This document shows, in pieces, positions 39,008 through 49,246 of a stretch of DNA of 64,000 bases (position 1 is its first letter; every line of letters starts with the position of its first letter). Under the pieces are notes generated by a model, which was not told where the DNA came from, did not search any database, and was given only the letters and a program-made list of their open reading frames with translations. This stretch comes from an uncultured Bacilli bacterium. GTDB lineage: Bacteria; Bacillota_I; Bacilli_A; RF39; UBA660. The stretch is taken from positions 75,805-139,804 of the forward strand of contig CAKPGL010000002.1 in NCBI GenBank assembly GCA_934154785.1. Reading direction: 5' to 3'. The translations under genes were made by a program, and so were the position numbers.

Positions 39008-40090
39008 ATGAGGGTTATTATTAGTGCTGGTGGTACTGGCGGACATATATATCCTGCTTTAGCGATTATTAATAAGATAAAAGAGAAAGAACCAAATAGT
39101 GAATTTTTATATATAGGTACCCATAATCGTATGGAAAAAGATATTATCCCTAAGTATAATATTCCTTTTGAGACAATTGAGATATATGGATTTAATCGTA
39201 AAAAACTTTATAAAAACTTTAAAGTATTATCTTGTTTTTATAAAAGTTATCAAAAATGTAAAAAGTTAATTAAAGAGTTTAATCCAGATATTGTAATTGG
39301 TGTAGGTGGCTATGTAACAGGTCCTGTAATTTATGCGGCAAATAAACTAGGTTATCCTACTTTTATTCATGAACAAAATAGTATTCCTGGTAAGTGTAAT
39401 AGTTTTTTAGCAAAGTATGTTACACTTATTGGTACATCATTTAAATCTACAATGGATAAATTTCCTAAAGATAAAACAATTTTTACAGGAAATCCTTGTA
39501 GTGAAGATGCTTTAAAACAGCCAGTAATGTCTAAAAGTGAATTTGGACTTTTAGAAGCTAAAAAACTAGTTTTAATTGTAATGGGTTCTTTAGGCTCATC
39601 TAAGATAAATGATTATTTTATTAATTCATTATCAACTTTTAATAAAAAGAATTATCAAGTATTGTATGTAACTGGTAAAAGTAGTTATGATGAGCTAAAA
39701 AAAATAAAAGTTCCTACAAATGTAAAATTAGTTCCTTATATAGATAATATGACACGAATTATGAAAAATACTGATATTATGGTAACAAGAGCTGGAGCTT
39801 CTACTTTAAGTGAAATTATCGCTTTAAAAGTTCCATCTATAATAATACCAAGTCCTTATGTACCTGATAATCATCAATATAAAAACGCTATTAACTTAGT
39901 TGATAAAGATGCCGCAATGATGATAGAAGAAAAAGATTTAAAGGGAGATATTTTAGTACGTACTATAGATTTATTAATTAATGACAATAATAAATTAAAA
40001 GCAATGAAAGATAATCTAGAAGAGTTTACTATTAAAAATAGTGCTACAATTATATATGACAACATAAAAAAGATAATAGGTGAGAAGTAA
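39008..40090 (+). CDS. murG: UDP-GlcNAc:lipid I N-acetylglucosaminyltransferase MurG.
   Basis: ISAGGTGGHIYPALA N-terminus and GT28 C-terminal region. Confidence 0.85.
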   Translation: MRVIISAGGTGGHIYPALAIINKIKEKEPNSEFLYIGTHNRMEKDIIPKYNIPFETIEIYGFNRKKLYKNFKVLSCFYKSYQKCKKLIKEFNPDIVIGVGGYVTGPVIYAANKLGYPTFIHEQNSIPGKCNSFLAKYVTLIGTSFKSTMDKFPKDKTIFTGNPCSEDALKQPVMSKSEFGLLEAKKLVLIVMGSLGSSKINDYFINSLSTFNKKNYQVLYVTGKSSYDELKKIKVPTNVKLVPYIDNMTRIMKNTDIMVTRAGASTLSEIIALKVPSIIIPSPYVPDNHQYKNAINLVDKDAAMMIEEKDLKGDILVRTIDLLINDNNKLKAMKDNLEEFTIKNSATIIYDNIKKIIGEK

Positions 40091-40983
40091 TGAATATTAA
40101 AGAAATAAAAAATTTAAAATGTGGTAAATATTTAGAAAACGTTGATTTAATTAAATATAATACTTATAAAATAAGTTCTATTGCTAAACTTATGGTATTT
40201 CCAGAAAATGAAAAGCAATTAATTAAACTACTTAAATATTTAAAAAATAATGATATTAAACATTTAGTTTTAGGTAATGGTTCTAATGTTATATTTAATA
40301 GTAGTGGTTACGATGGTGTTATTATTAAATTAGATGAATTTAATGATTTAAGTATTAATGATACAACTATTAAAGTAGGAGCGGGTTATTCATTAATGCG
40401 TTTAGCTAATAAAGTGTGTAAAATGGGACTTACGGGGTTAGAGTTCGCAACTGGTATTCCAGGTTCTATTGGTGGCGCTGTTTATATGAATGCTGGGGCT
40501 TATAAAAGTGATCTAGGATACGTTATTAGTGAGGTTAAAGTATTAACACCAGATTATAAAATTAAAACACTTTATAATAAAGATTTAGATTTTCATTATC
40601 GTTCATCTTTTTTACAAACTAATAAAGATTATATATGCTTAGAAGCAACAATTATTTTAAGAAGAGGAAATAAACAAGAAATAATTGATACTATTGAGGA
40701 AAGAAAACAACGCCGTCTTATAAGTCAACCATTAGAATATCCTTCTGCTGGTTCAGTTTTTCGTAATCCTGAAGGAGAGTTTGCGGGGCACTTAATTGAA
40801 GAAGTAGGGTATAAAGGTAAAAAAGTAGGTGATGCTGAAGTTAGTATGAAACATGCTAATTTCATTATTAATACTGGTCACGCTAAAGGTGAAGATATAA
40901 AACAACTTATTAAAGAAGTTCAGGATAAAGTTAAAGAAAAATATAATATTGAATTAAAAATAGAACAAGAATTTGTTGAATAG
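40090..40983 (+). CDS. murB: UDP-N-acetylenolpyruvoylglucosamine reductase MurB.
   Basis: FAD-binding GNGSN and C-terminal GSVFRNP motifs. Confidence 0.85.
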   Translation: MNIKEIKNLKCGKYLENVDLIKYNTYKISSIAKLMVFPENEKQLIKLLKYLKNNDIKHLVLGNGSNVIFNSSGYDGVIIKLDEFNDLSINDTTIKVGAGYSLMRLANKVCKMGLTGLEFATGIPGSIGGAVYMNAGAYKSDLGYVISEVKVLTPDYKIKTLYNKDLDFHYRSSFLQTNKDYICLEATIILRRGNKQEIIDTIEERKQRRLISQPLEYPSAGSVFRNPEGEFAGHLIEEVGYKGKKVGDAEVSMKHANFIINTGHAKGEDIKQLIKEVQDKVKEKYNIELKIEQEFVE

Positions 40984-40991
40984 GTGATACT

Positions 40992-41702
40992 ATGGCTAAA
41001 AGAAGTAACTTTTCTAAAAAAGGTGATACTAGAGTTTCTAAGAAAAGAAGGATTAAATATAAAAAAATCATTATATTTTTAGCAATTCTATTATTAATAG
41101 TTTTAAGTATATATTTGTTTTTCCAGTTAAGGATTACTAATATTTATATAAGTAATAACTATTATTTAAGTGATCAAGATATTATTGAGATGGCGGAAAT
41201 ATCAGACTATCCCGCTATATATAAAGCTAACTTTGTTTCTATCAAAAATAAATTGAAACGTAACCAATTAATTAAGAATGCTAAAGTAACCCAAAAAATG
41301 TTTACTAGCATTTATATTGATGTTACAGAAAATAGACCTATATTTTATGATAGTAATAAAGAAAAGACTATTCTTTTAGACGAGTCAGAAACTAGTGAAA
41401 AATATTCTGTTCCAAACGTAATTAATTATATACCAGATACTATCTATTCAAAATTTTTAGATAACATGCTTATTGTAGATTTAGATGTATTAGAACGTAT
41501 ATCTGAGATAAAATATGATCCTAATGATGTAGATAGTGAAAGATTTCTATTATTTATGAATGATGGCAATTATGTTTATTTAACCTTAGATAGATTTAAC
41601 AATGTAAATAGTTATATTGACATAATAAAGAAATTTGGTAGTAAAAAGGGAATTTTATATTTAGATTCTGGAGAATATTTCAAAGTATTGAAAGGCGATT
41701 AA
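40992..41702 (+). CDS. divIB: DivIB/FtsQ-like division protein (TM plus POTRA).
   Basis: Basic N-terminus, a single TM, and its position between murB and ftsA. Confidence 0.55.
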   Translation: MAKRSNFSKKGDTRVSKKRRIKYKKIIIFLAILLLIVLSIYLFFQLRITNIYISNNYYLSDQDIIEMAEISDYPAIYKANFVSIKNKLKRNQLIKNAKVTQKMFTSIYIDVTENRPIFYDSNKEKTILLDESETSEKYSVPNVINYIPDTIYSKFLDNMLIVDLDVLERISEIKYDPNDVDSERFLLFMNDGNYVYLTLDRFNNVNSYIDIIKKFGSKKGILYLDSGEYFKVLKGD

Positions 41703-41779
41703 TCGCTTTTTTTCTATATAAATTGAATTACAATGATGTTTGTGCTACAATACTAATAATTGTGTATAGGGAGATTATT

Positions 41780-42574
41780 ATGGAGTGTAATACAAACTTA
41801 AAAGTTTTAAGGGAAGTAAGGAAAATAATTACTTCTAATGAAAGTACTAATATTAATTATGTTTCGGTTTATTTAATTGCGGAATTATTAAAAGAATATA
41901 ATAATAAATATAATATATTAAGAGAAGACTATGCAAATGAATTTGAATATATGCTTAAAGAACAAATACCTAAAAACCGTGTAATAGTTTATAATTTTAA
42001 CTATGAAATAAACGAATTAAGTATTGGTATTTATAACTGTTTAAAAGATGAATTTGATAAAATTAGCTTTGTTAAGGATAATGAATGTTTGGTTATAACA
42101 AAATCTGACTTTGATGAATATCAATTAGTTTTAAATGTTTTATATCCAGAATTATTAAAACTTTATAATGAATTACTTACTTTTTCTGATTATGAAAAGA
42201 CCAATAGATTTGGAATAAGGACAATTGACTCTGATTTTTTAGTAGATATTTCTCCAAAAGGAATAAATATTACAAATAATGATAAATGCTTTAATATTTA
42301 TTCTTCAAATGATAGCAATGAATATAAGTGTAATTGCAATAATAAAAATAATTGTTCATTGTGTGAATTAAATAATAGACAAGACGTTATTTTTAAACAT
42401 CTTTTTGTAAAAATAAGTGATTGTCCAGAATGGAGTCAAAGTTTATTATTTGATCAAAGAAAAAAAGAATTAGAAAAAAGTGAGGTAGAAGTAGGACGAT
42501 TTAATATAATTGATAATAACATTCAAAAGAAGTTAAATTTTGTTAAAAAGCTATTTCCTTTTGTAAAAAAGTAG
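41780..42574 (+). CDS. Cys-containing hypothetical protein inserted between divIB and ftsA, with its own promoter.
   Basis: TTGAAT-17-TACAAT promoter at 41723-41751; SD AGGGAGA; C-cluster CNCNNKNNCSLC. Confidence 0.4.
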   Translation: MECNTNLKVLREVRKIITSNESTNINYVSVYLIAELLKEYNNKYNILREDYANEFEYMLKEQIPKNRVIVYNFNYEINELSIGIYNCLKDEFDKISFVKDNECLVITKSDFDEYQLVLNVLYPELLKLYNELLTFSDYEKTNRFGIRTIDSDFLVDISPKGINITNNDKCFNIYSSNDSNEYKCNCNNKNNCSLCELNNRQDVIFKHLFVKISDCPEWSQSLLFDQRKKELEKSEVEVGRFNIIDNNIQKKLNFVKKLFPFVKK

Positions 42575-42687
42575 TAAAAGCAAAAATAAAAAAGATATAT
42601 TTATAAGAAATTATGGATTTGTTTTCATAATTTTCTTTTCTTTTGTTCGTTTTTATAGTATAATTGTGATAGACTGTGGGAGATGAT

Positions 42688-43941
42688 ATGGTGAAGCATG
42701 TATATACTAGTGTTGACATTGGTTCAGATGCCATAAAAGTAATCGTGTGTGAATTATATAAAGGCAAGTTAAATTTACTTGCAGCCACATCTGTTAAGTC
42801 TAAAGGAATAAAAAAGGGATTAATTACTGATTTAGAACAAGCTACTGCCTCTTTAAAAAAAGCAATAGAAGAAATAGAGGCAATGTTAGGAATTAAGATT
42901 AAAAAAGTAATATCTTCAGTACCAGCATATTTTTCAGAGTTTAACTTAGTAAAAGCTACTGTTGCTATAGAAAGTGCGGATGGTATGGTTACTGGCAATG
43001 ATATTATAAAGTCATTACAGGAACCAATAAAAGATAATTTAGGTTCTGGTAAAGAAGTAGTTACAATGCTCCCTATTGACTTTTCAGTTGATGAGCAAGA
43101 AAGAGTTAGAGATCCAAAAGGATTATTTGGCAAGGAACTTGAAGCACGTGCTATTATGGTAACAACACCTAAAAAAAATATTTATTCGGTTATTAGCTTG
43201 TTAGATATGGCTGGTTTGGAAGTAGTTGATATATCATTAAATCCAATCGGTGATATATATGCTTTCAAAACTAAAGAAATGGATAAAGAAGTAGGTGCAG
43301 TTGTAGATATTGGAGAAGAAACAACAACAGTATCTTTATATAATAGAGGAATATTGGTTAAGTGCTCTGTTATAGCAGCTGGTGCTAAAGCTATAGACCA
43401 CGATTTAGCATGTATGTATAAAATAAGTTTAAGTAATGCTAGAACAATAAAGGAAAAATTTGCTCTTGCTCACAAGAAGCATACTAGTGCAAATGAAACT
43501 TTTGAAGTAACAAATGAAGTTGGTGATCAATTAACTTTAAATCAACTTGAAGTATCCGAAGTAGTAATGTTTAGATTAGAAGAAATTTTAAATATGGCTA
43601 GTAATGAAATAAAGAGTTTAACTGACCATAAGATGGACTATACTATTGTTACTGGTGGTATTACAAATATGTCCCATTTTGATGTAGCATTAGAAGAAAT
43701 TATGCCTGGTGCGACATTAGGAAATGTTAGATTAGTAGGAATTAGAAATAATAAGTATTCTGTTTGCATTGGCAATGTAGTGTATTTTATTAATAAATTA
43801 AAATTAAAAGGAAAAGATTATTCAATGATTAGTGCTACTGATAGTGAAGAAATATCTGAAACAAAAAAAAGAATTATTAATAATGTATCAGAAGATTCAA
43901 CTTTAGGAAAATTATTTAATTATTTTTTCAGTGAACAATAA
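42688..43941 (+). CDS. ftsA: Cell division protein FtsA.
   Basis: Actin-fold motifs SVDIGSD and VTGGIT. Confidence 0.85.
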   Translation: MVKHVYTSVDIGSDAIKVIVCELYKGKLNLLAATSVKSKGIKKGLITDLEQATASLKKAIEEIEAMLGIKIKKVISSVPAYFSEFNLVKATVAIESADGMVTGNDIIKSLQEPIKDNLGSGKEVVTMLPIDFSVDEQERVRDPKGLFGKELEARAIMVTTPKKNIYSVISLLDMAGLEVVDISLNPIGDIYAFKTKEMDKEVGAVVDIGEETTTVSLYNRGILVKCSVIAAGAKAIDHDLACMYKISLSNARTIKEKFALAHKKHTSANETFEVTNEVGDQLTLNQLEVSEVVMFRLEEILNMASNEIKSLTDHKMDYTIVTGGITNMSHFDVALEEIMPGATLGNVRLVGIRNNKYSVCIGNVVYFINKLKLKGKDYSMISATDSEEISETKKRIINNVSEDSTLGKLFNYFFSEQ

Positions 43942-43960
43942 GAACAAGGAGGATTAAACA

Positions 43961-45043
43961 ATGTTTGGTGGATTAGAAATGGATCAATTAGCAAAAATTA
44001 AGGTAATTGGTGTCGGTGGTGGCGGTAATAACGCTGTTAATAGAATGATTGAATCGGGAGTAAAAGGTGTAGACTTTATAGTTGCAAATACTGACTTACA
44101 AGTGCTTAACAACTCTAAAGCTCCAATTAAAATACAGATAGGTACAGAATTAACCAATGGTTTAGGAGCAGGTGCCAATCCACAAATTGGTAAGGAAGCT
44201 GCTTTAGAATCTAAACAAGAAATTCAAGCTGCCTTAGAAGGAGCAGACATGGTATTTGTTACCTGTGGAATGGGTGGTGGAACCGGTACTGGTGCCGCTC
44301 CAGTAATTGCCTCAATTGCTCAAGATTTAGGTGCTTTAACTGTTGGTATTGTAACAAAACCTTTCTCTTTTGAAGGTAGAAAGCGTATGGAACAAGCAAT
44401 GGCTGGCTTGGATGAATTAAAGAAACATGTTGATACTTTGATTGTAATTCCAAATGATCGTTTACGTGAGATGATTGATAAAACAACTCCATTATTAGAT
44501 TCTTTTAAAGAAGTAGATAATGTTTTAAGACGTGGTGTACAATCTATATCAGATTTAATTGCTGTAGCGGGATTAATAAACCTAGACTTTGCCGATGTTA
44601 AAACTGTTATGGAAAAAAGAGGTAACGCTCTTATTGGTATAGGTATTGGTGTTGGTGAAAATCGTGCTACTGAGGCAGCTCGTCAAGCTGTTGAAAGTCC
44701 ATTACTAGAAACAAGTATTAGTGGTGCTACAGATGCTATTATTAATGTAACTGGTGGTGCTAATTTAACTTTGTTTGAAGTAGAGGAAGCTGCTGAAGTA
44801 ATTCGTTCTAGCGCTAATACAGATATTAATACTATCTTTGGTGCGGTAATTAATGAAAACTTAAACGATGAAATCATTGTTACTGTTATTGCTACTGGTT
44901 TTGAAAATAATAATCCTGAACCAGAACAAGGTGGTAGTGTTAGAAGAGAGGAATTAAGAAATAATTCTAAAAATGAAGAAACAGATGATGACGACGATGA
45001 TGATTTTGTAATTCCTACTATTTTAAGAAAAAGAGGATTTTAA
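43961..45043 (+). CDS. ftsZ: Cell division GTPase FtsZ.
   Basis: [13 protein letters not shown] and tubulin signature [10 protein letters not shown]. Confidence 0.95.
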   Translation: MFGGLEMDQLAKIKVIGVGGGGNNAVNRMIESGVKGVDFIVANTDLQVLNNSKAPIKIQIGTELTNGLGAGANPQIGKEAALESKQEIQAALEGADMVFVTCGMGGGTGTGAAPVIASIAQDLGALTVGIVTKPFSFEGRKRMEQAMAGLDELKKHVDTLIVIPNDRLREMIDKTTPLLDSFKEVDNVLRRGVQSISDLIAVAGLINLDFADVKTVMEKRGNALIGIGIGVGENRATEAARQAVESPLLETSISGATDAIINVTGGANLTLFEVEEAAEVIRSSANTDINTIFGAVINENLNDEIIVTVIATGFENNNPEPEQGGSVRREELRNNSKNEETDDDDDDDFVIPTILRKRGF

Positions 45044-45113
45044 TAAAAAATAACTAAAAAGCGACACAAAATACGTGTTGCTTTTTTTATAATTTATTTG
45101 GTGATGCTATGAA

Positions 45114-45896
45114 ATGAAAATTTATGTAGACTTAGTTCTTTTATTAAATTTCTTTTTTGATTTTATATTACTTTTAACGGTATTGATATTATTGAAAAGA
45201 AAAGTTAAGATTTATCGATTACTGATAGGCGCCTTTTTAGGAAGCTTGACAACTTTAATATTATTTTTCAAAGTAAGTTCTTTCTTATTATTTATTATTA
45301 AATTAGTGATAAGTATTCTTATGATTATAGTAAGCTTTGGTTTTAAAGATATTAAATATTTCTTTAAAAATTTATCATATTTATATATGACAAGTATTGT
45401 ATTAGGTGGTTTCTTATATTTATTAAATATTGAATTTTCTTATAAACATAATGGTTTAATATTTTTTCATAATGGTTTAAGTGTAAACTTTATTATTTTA
45501 ATTATTGTTTCTCCACTTATACTTTATTTATATATTAGACAAAGTAGAAATTTGAAGAATAATTATAATTATTATCATAATGTTACTATTTATTTAGAAA
45601 AAAATATTATTAAATGTACCGGGTATTTAGATACTGGTAATAAAATTTTAGATCCCTATTTTAGACGGTCGATTATCTTTATTAATAAAGAATATATAAA
45701 AAGTTTAAGAGAATTTAATATTTTGGTACCTTATCAAACAGTTGGAAATAAAGGATTAATAAAATGTGCAGTTCCTAGAAAAGTTGAGATAGATGGTAAG
45801 CAATTTAAAACTTTAATAGCGGTATCAGAAGAAAAAATTAAAATGGATGGAATTGATTGTATTTTACCAAATAAAGTAAAGGAGAAACTATGTTAA
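45114..45896 (+). CDS. spoIIGA: Sigma-E processing peptidase SpoIIGA.
   Basis: Polytopic membrane N-terminal half, aspartic-protease-like LDTGN motif, and its position between ftsZ and sigE. Confidence 0.7.
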   Translation: MKIYVDLVLLLNFFFDFILLLTVLILLKRKVKIYRLLIGAFLGSLTTLILFFKVSSFLLFIIKLVISILMIIVSFGFKDIKYFFKNLSYLYMTSIVLGGFLYLLNIEFSYKHNGLIFFHNGLSVNFIILIIVSPLILYLYIRQSRNLKNNYNYYHNVTIYLEKNIIKCTGYLDTGNKILDPYFRRSIIFINKEYIKSLREFNILVPYQTVGNKGLIKCAVPRKVEIDGKQFKTLIAVSEEKIKMDGIDCILPNKVKEKLC

Positions 45897-46582
45897 AAAA
45901 TTTTTTAAATAGAATATTACGAATTTTTAATCTAGAAGAAGGAATATTTTTTGTAGGGAGTGCTGACAAACTGCCAGAGCCATTATCTAGAGAAGATGAA
46001 CTATATTATGTTGATTTAGCTAGTAATGGAGATGAATTAGCACGCAGTAAATTGATCGAGCATAACTTACGTTTAGTAGTTTTCTTATCTAAAAAATATG
46101 AGAATACTGGAGTTGATTTAGAAGATTTAGTAAGTATAGGAACAATTGGATTAATAAAGGGCATAAATACTTATAAGTCTGATAAAAATATTAAACTTGC
46201 TACTTATGCTTCACGTTGTATTGATAATGAAATACTAATGTTTTTAAGAAAAAATAAAAAAAGAAAAGGGGAAGTAAGTTTCGAAGATAGTTTAAGTTAT
46301 GATGCCGAAGGAAATGAATTACATCTTGAAGATATTTTAGGTACTGCTGCTAATGTAGTAACACAAGGAATAGAAGATGCTAATGATCGCAGGGAACTAT
46401 ATAGAGAAATAGAAAAGTTAAATGAAAGAGATAAACAAATAATGATATTGCGTTATGGTTTATTTGGTACTGAAGAAAAAACACAAAAAGAAGTTGCTAG
46501 CATGTTAGGTATTAGTCAGTCTTATATATCTAGGATAGAAAAGAAAGTAATAAAAAGGTTAAAAGTGATATCAAAAATATAA
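45890..46582 (+). CDS. sigE: Sporulation sigma factor SigE (pro-sigma-E).
   Basis: Pro-sequence plus ...LIEHNLRLVV...IGTIGLIKG...KLATYASRCIDNEILMFLR... and C-terminal GISQSYISRIEKK. Confidence 0.85.
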   Translation: MLKNFLNRILRIFNLEEGIFFVGSADKLPEPLSREDELYYVDLASNGDELARSKLIEHNLRLVVFLSKKYENTGVDLEDLVSIGTIGLIKGINTYKSDKNIKLATYASRCIDNEILMFLRKNKKRKGEVSFEDSLSYDAEGNELHLEDILGTAANVVTQGIEDANDRRELYREIEKLNERDKQIMILRYGLFGTEEKTQKEVASMLGISQSYISRIEKKVIKRLKVISKI

Positions 46583-46618
46583 AGCTACATAAAAATAATA
46601 ATTTTATGTAGCTTTTTT

Positions 46619-47860
46619 AAAATAAAAAAGGAAATAGAAAAGTTATGTCGTATGTTTTATGTAGGAGGGAGGTGAGAGATGATAAATAGTACAAAAGAAA
46701 GACCTTTTATACCACTTAGTTATGATTTAGTATTTAAAAGAGTATTTGCGGATGAATATGATAAAAGACCATTACAAACTCTACTTAATGTAATTTTAAA
46801 TATTAATATATCTACTAACGATATAACTATTTTAAATAGTGAAATGGTTGGTAAAAATGTAAATACTAAAAAGAATACAGTAGACTTAATTGTAAAATTA
46901 AAAGATGGAACTAAAGTAGGAATAGAAATGAATCGTGCCGGTAGTGATAAACTAGTATTTAGAAATACATTATATATGTTTAGACTAATGGGACATGCTT
47001 TAAATAAAGGAGCAAGATACGAAGATATAGATGAGTATATACAAATAAACTTTGATATGGATGGAGAACATAGTGAACCAATAGATATATATACATTATG
47101 TAATGAGAAACATCCGGATAAAAAATTAACAAATAAGTTACAAATATATCGTATAAATGTTCCTTATTTTACAAAAAGATGTTATAATCTAAAAGAAGAG
47201 GAATTAGCGTATAAAGATAGATTTATAGGAATGATCGGAGCTAAGACACTAAAAGAAATAAATAAGATAGCAGGTAGGGATAATATTATGGAAGAAATGA
47301 GTAAAAAAGTAGAAGAATGTAATGAAGATGAAGATATATTATATCAATATAATTATGGAGAGTACTTAGCAGATCTAGCGATATTAGAAGGAACAGAAAA
47401 GGGTATAAAGCAAGGTTTAGAGAAAGGCATGAAACAAGGCTTAGAGAAAGGCATGAAACAAGGCTTAGAGAAAGGTATGAAACAAGGCTTAGAAAAAGGA
47501 ATTAAAGAAGGTCTTGAGAAGGGAATACAGCAAGGTCTTGAAAAAGGAATTAAAGAAGGCCTTGAAAAAGGAATTCAACAAGGTATTGAACAAGGTAAAA
47601 CTGAAGGTTTCGAACAAGGTAAAAGTAAAGGCTACGAAGAAGGATTAAATCTTGGTAAACAGGAAGCGTTAAAGCAACAAGAAAGAATTATTGAAGAGTC
47701 AAAAAATGAATATAAAGTAGATATGATTACTAAAATGCTTGCTAAAGGATTAAGTCCAGAGGTAATTTCGGAGATTACTGGTCTAGAAGTAGAAAAAATT
47801 GCTGAAATAGATTTATAGGTTATTATAAAGAGTTTACATAGTTATATTGTAAACTTTTTA
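46619..47860. repeat. Copy B of the ~1.25 kb direct repeat, inserted immediately downstream of sigE.
   Basis: Near-identical to 1341-2592, including the upstream 60 nt and the 3' hairpin. Confidence 0.8.
46679..47818 (+). CDS. Rpn/YhgA-family putative transposase, copy B (379 aa, with a different repeat-unit composition).
   Basis: About 97% identical to the copy at 1400-2551. The repeat tract has three GLEKGMKQ units versus one in copy A. Confidence 0.75.
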   Translation: MINSTKERPFIPLSYDLVFKRVFADEYDKRPLQTLLNVILNINISTNDITILNSEMVGKNVNTKKNTVDLIVKLKDGTKVGIEMNRAGSDKLVFRNTLYMFRLMGHALNKGARYEDIDEYIQINFDMDGEHSEPIDIYTLCNEKHPDKKLTNKLQIYRINVPYFTKRCYNLKEEELAYKDRFIGMIGAKTLKEINKIAGRDNIMEEMSKKVEECNEDEDILYQYNYGEYLADLAILEGTEKGIKQGLEKGMKQGLEKGMKQGLEKGMKQGLEKGIKEGLEKGIQQGLEKGIKEGLEKGIQQGIEQGKTEGFEQGKSKGYEEGLNLGKQEALKQQERIIEESKNEYKVDMITKMLAKGLSPEVISEITGLEVEKIAEIDL

Positions 47861-47932
47861 TTTATATTTGAAGTAAAACATTGAAATGACAATTTAATAT
47901 ATGTTACACTAATTATATAGTAGGGAGGATTT

Positions 47933-49027
47933 ATGATAGAAGATAGTTTACGTTTAATTGTTTTAGATAGTTCTAAAGATTTGGGAGAAAGTGTTAACAA
48001 TTATATAAAGAAAGTTAGAAATACAGAAAAAGATTATATAGTTCCAACAAATATAGTACGTTTTGCAAATGGTGAGGGAAAAGTAGTTTTAAATGAGTCA
48101 ATTCGTGATAAAAATGTTTATATTTTAGCGGATGTAGGGAATCATAGTTGTACTTATAAATTATACGGTTATGAAAATCATAAGAGTCCTGATGATCATT
48201 TTCAGGACATTAAGAGGGTAATATCCGCTATTAAAGGTCATGCTAGTAGTGTAAATATAGTAATGCCATTATTATATTCATCACGTCAACATAAAAGAAA
48301 AGGTAGAGAATCACTTGATTGTGCTGTTGCACTTCAAGAATTAGAGAGATTAGGTATTAATACAATTATTACCTTTGATGTACATGATCCAAATGTCCAA
48401 AATGCTATACCTTGTATGCCGTTTGAAAATTTTTATCCCACTTGCACTATGTTAAGTGATTTTGGTAAAAATGAACAGGTTGATTATAATAACTTAATAG
48501 TAATTAGTCCTGATACTGGTGCAATGGATAGAGCAAGATATTATGCTGATATTTTAAAATGTGATGTCGGTATGTTTTATAAAAGAAGAGACTTATCAGT
48601 TGTAATAGATGGAAAAAATCCCATAATTGCCCATGAGTATCTTGGCAAAGATGTAAAAGATAAAGATATTATTGTCATAGATGATATGATTGATTCTGGT
48701 GGCTCAATGCTTGAAGTAGTTGAAGAGTTAAATAAAAGAGGTGCCAGAAAAGTATTCTTATTTTCAACATTTGCTTTATTTAGTAAAGGTGTAGATAAAT
48801 TTAATGAATATTATAAAAAAGGAATGTTTGAAAAATTATATACTACTAATTTAACCTACATTAGAAGTGAAGCTAAAGAATCAGAGTGGTTAAAAGAAGT
48901 TGATTGTTCAGAATATTTAGGAATAATCATAGATACTTTAGATAAACATAATTCCATTTCTCCATTAATGGATGGCCGTGAAAAAGTATTTTCTAAAGTT
49001 CATAAATATATACCAGTAAAAAAATAA
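47933..49027 (+). CDS. prs: Ribose-phosphate pyrophosphokinase-family protein (long form).
   Basis: PRPP-binding VIDDMIDSGGS and the FDVHDPNVQNAIP region. Confidence 0.65.
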   Translation: MIEDSLRLIVLDSSKDLGESVNNYIKKVRNTEKDYIVPTNIVRFANGEGKVVLNESIRDKNVYILADVGNHSCTYKLYGYENHKSPDDHFQDIKRVISAIKGHASSVNIVMPLLYSSRQHKRKGRESLDCAVALQELERLGINTIITFDVHDPNVQNAIPCMPFENFYPTCTMLSDFGKNEQVDYNNLIVISPDTGAMDRARYYADILKCDVGMFYKRRDLSVVIDGKNPIIAHEYLGKDVKDKDIIVIDDMIDSGGSMLEVVEELNKRGARKVFLFSTFALFSKGVDKFNEYYKKGMFEKLYTTNLTYIRSEAKESEWLKEVDCSEYLGIIIDTLDKHNSISPLMDGREKVFSKVHKYIPVKK

Positions 49028-49048
49028 TAAAAAAATATATAAAAATTA

Positions 49049-49077
49049 TTGACAATAACCGACATATTTTGTACAAT
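49049..49077 (+). promoter_or_regulatory. Strong sigma-A-type promoter TTGACA-17-TACAAT, flanked by the inverted repeat TGACAATA...TATTGTCA.
   Basis: Hexamers and the inverted repeat read directly from the sequence. Confidence 0.5.
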
Positions 49078-49083
49078 AATATT

Positions 49084-49198
49084 GTCAGATAGGTAGTATA
49101 CGTCTGATGATGTTAGTTGTTAGTTTTACGTTGTAACGCTAACTATGAAGTTTGTGGTTAGTAGAGATGGTTGCTAGTAAAGGACCATCTTTTTTTTC
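49084..49198 (+). ncRNA. Candidate ~110-nt small RNA or leader transcript, ending in an intrinsic terminator (AGATGGT-loop-ACCATCT plus T8).
   Basis: Promoter and terminator with no ORF longer than 10 codons, sitting between prs and murI. murI has its own -10 element downstream. Confidence 0.35.
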
Positions 49199-49246
49199 AC
49201 TTTTAAAAGTTTGTAGAATATGATATACTGACTATAGGAGATTTTT

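Noticed and set aside
42543-43133. 196-aa minus-strand ORF
   Set aside because: It lies entirely inside the well-supported ftsA reading frame and its upstream region, and has a low-complexity translation. It is spurious.
45051-45070. TGTCGC motif upstream of spoIIGA as a Spo0A box
   Set aside because: It is a single imperfect match inside the ftsZ terminator stem, which is insufficient to call.
1341-47860. Interpreting the two Rpn repeats as the ends of a 45-kb composite transposon / genomic island
   Set aside because: The interval is full of core genes in conserved order (fhs, suf, dcw cluster, rpsB-tsf, ftsA-ftsZ-spoIIGA-sigE). The repeats are better explained as two members of a dispersed multicopy element.
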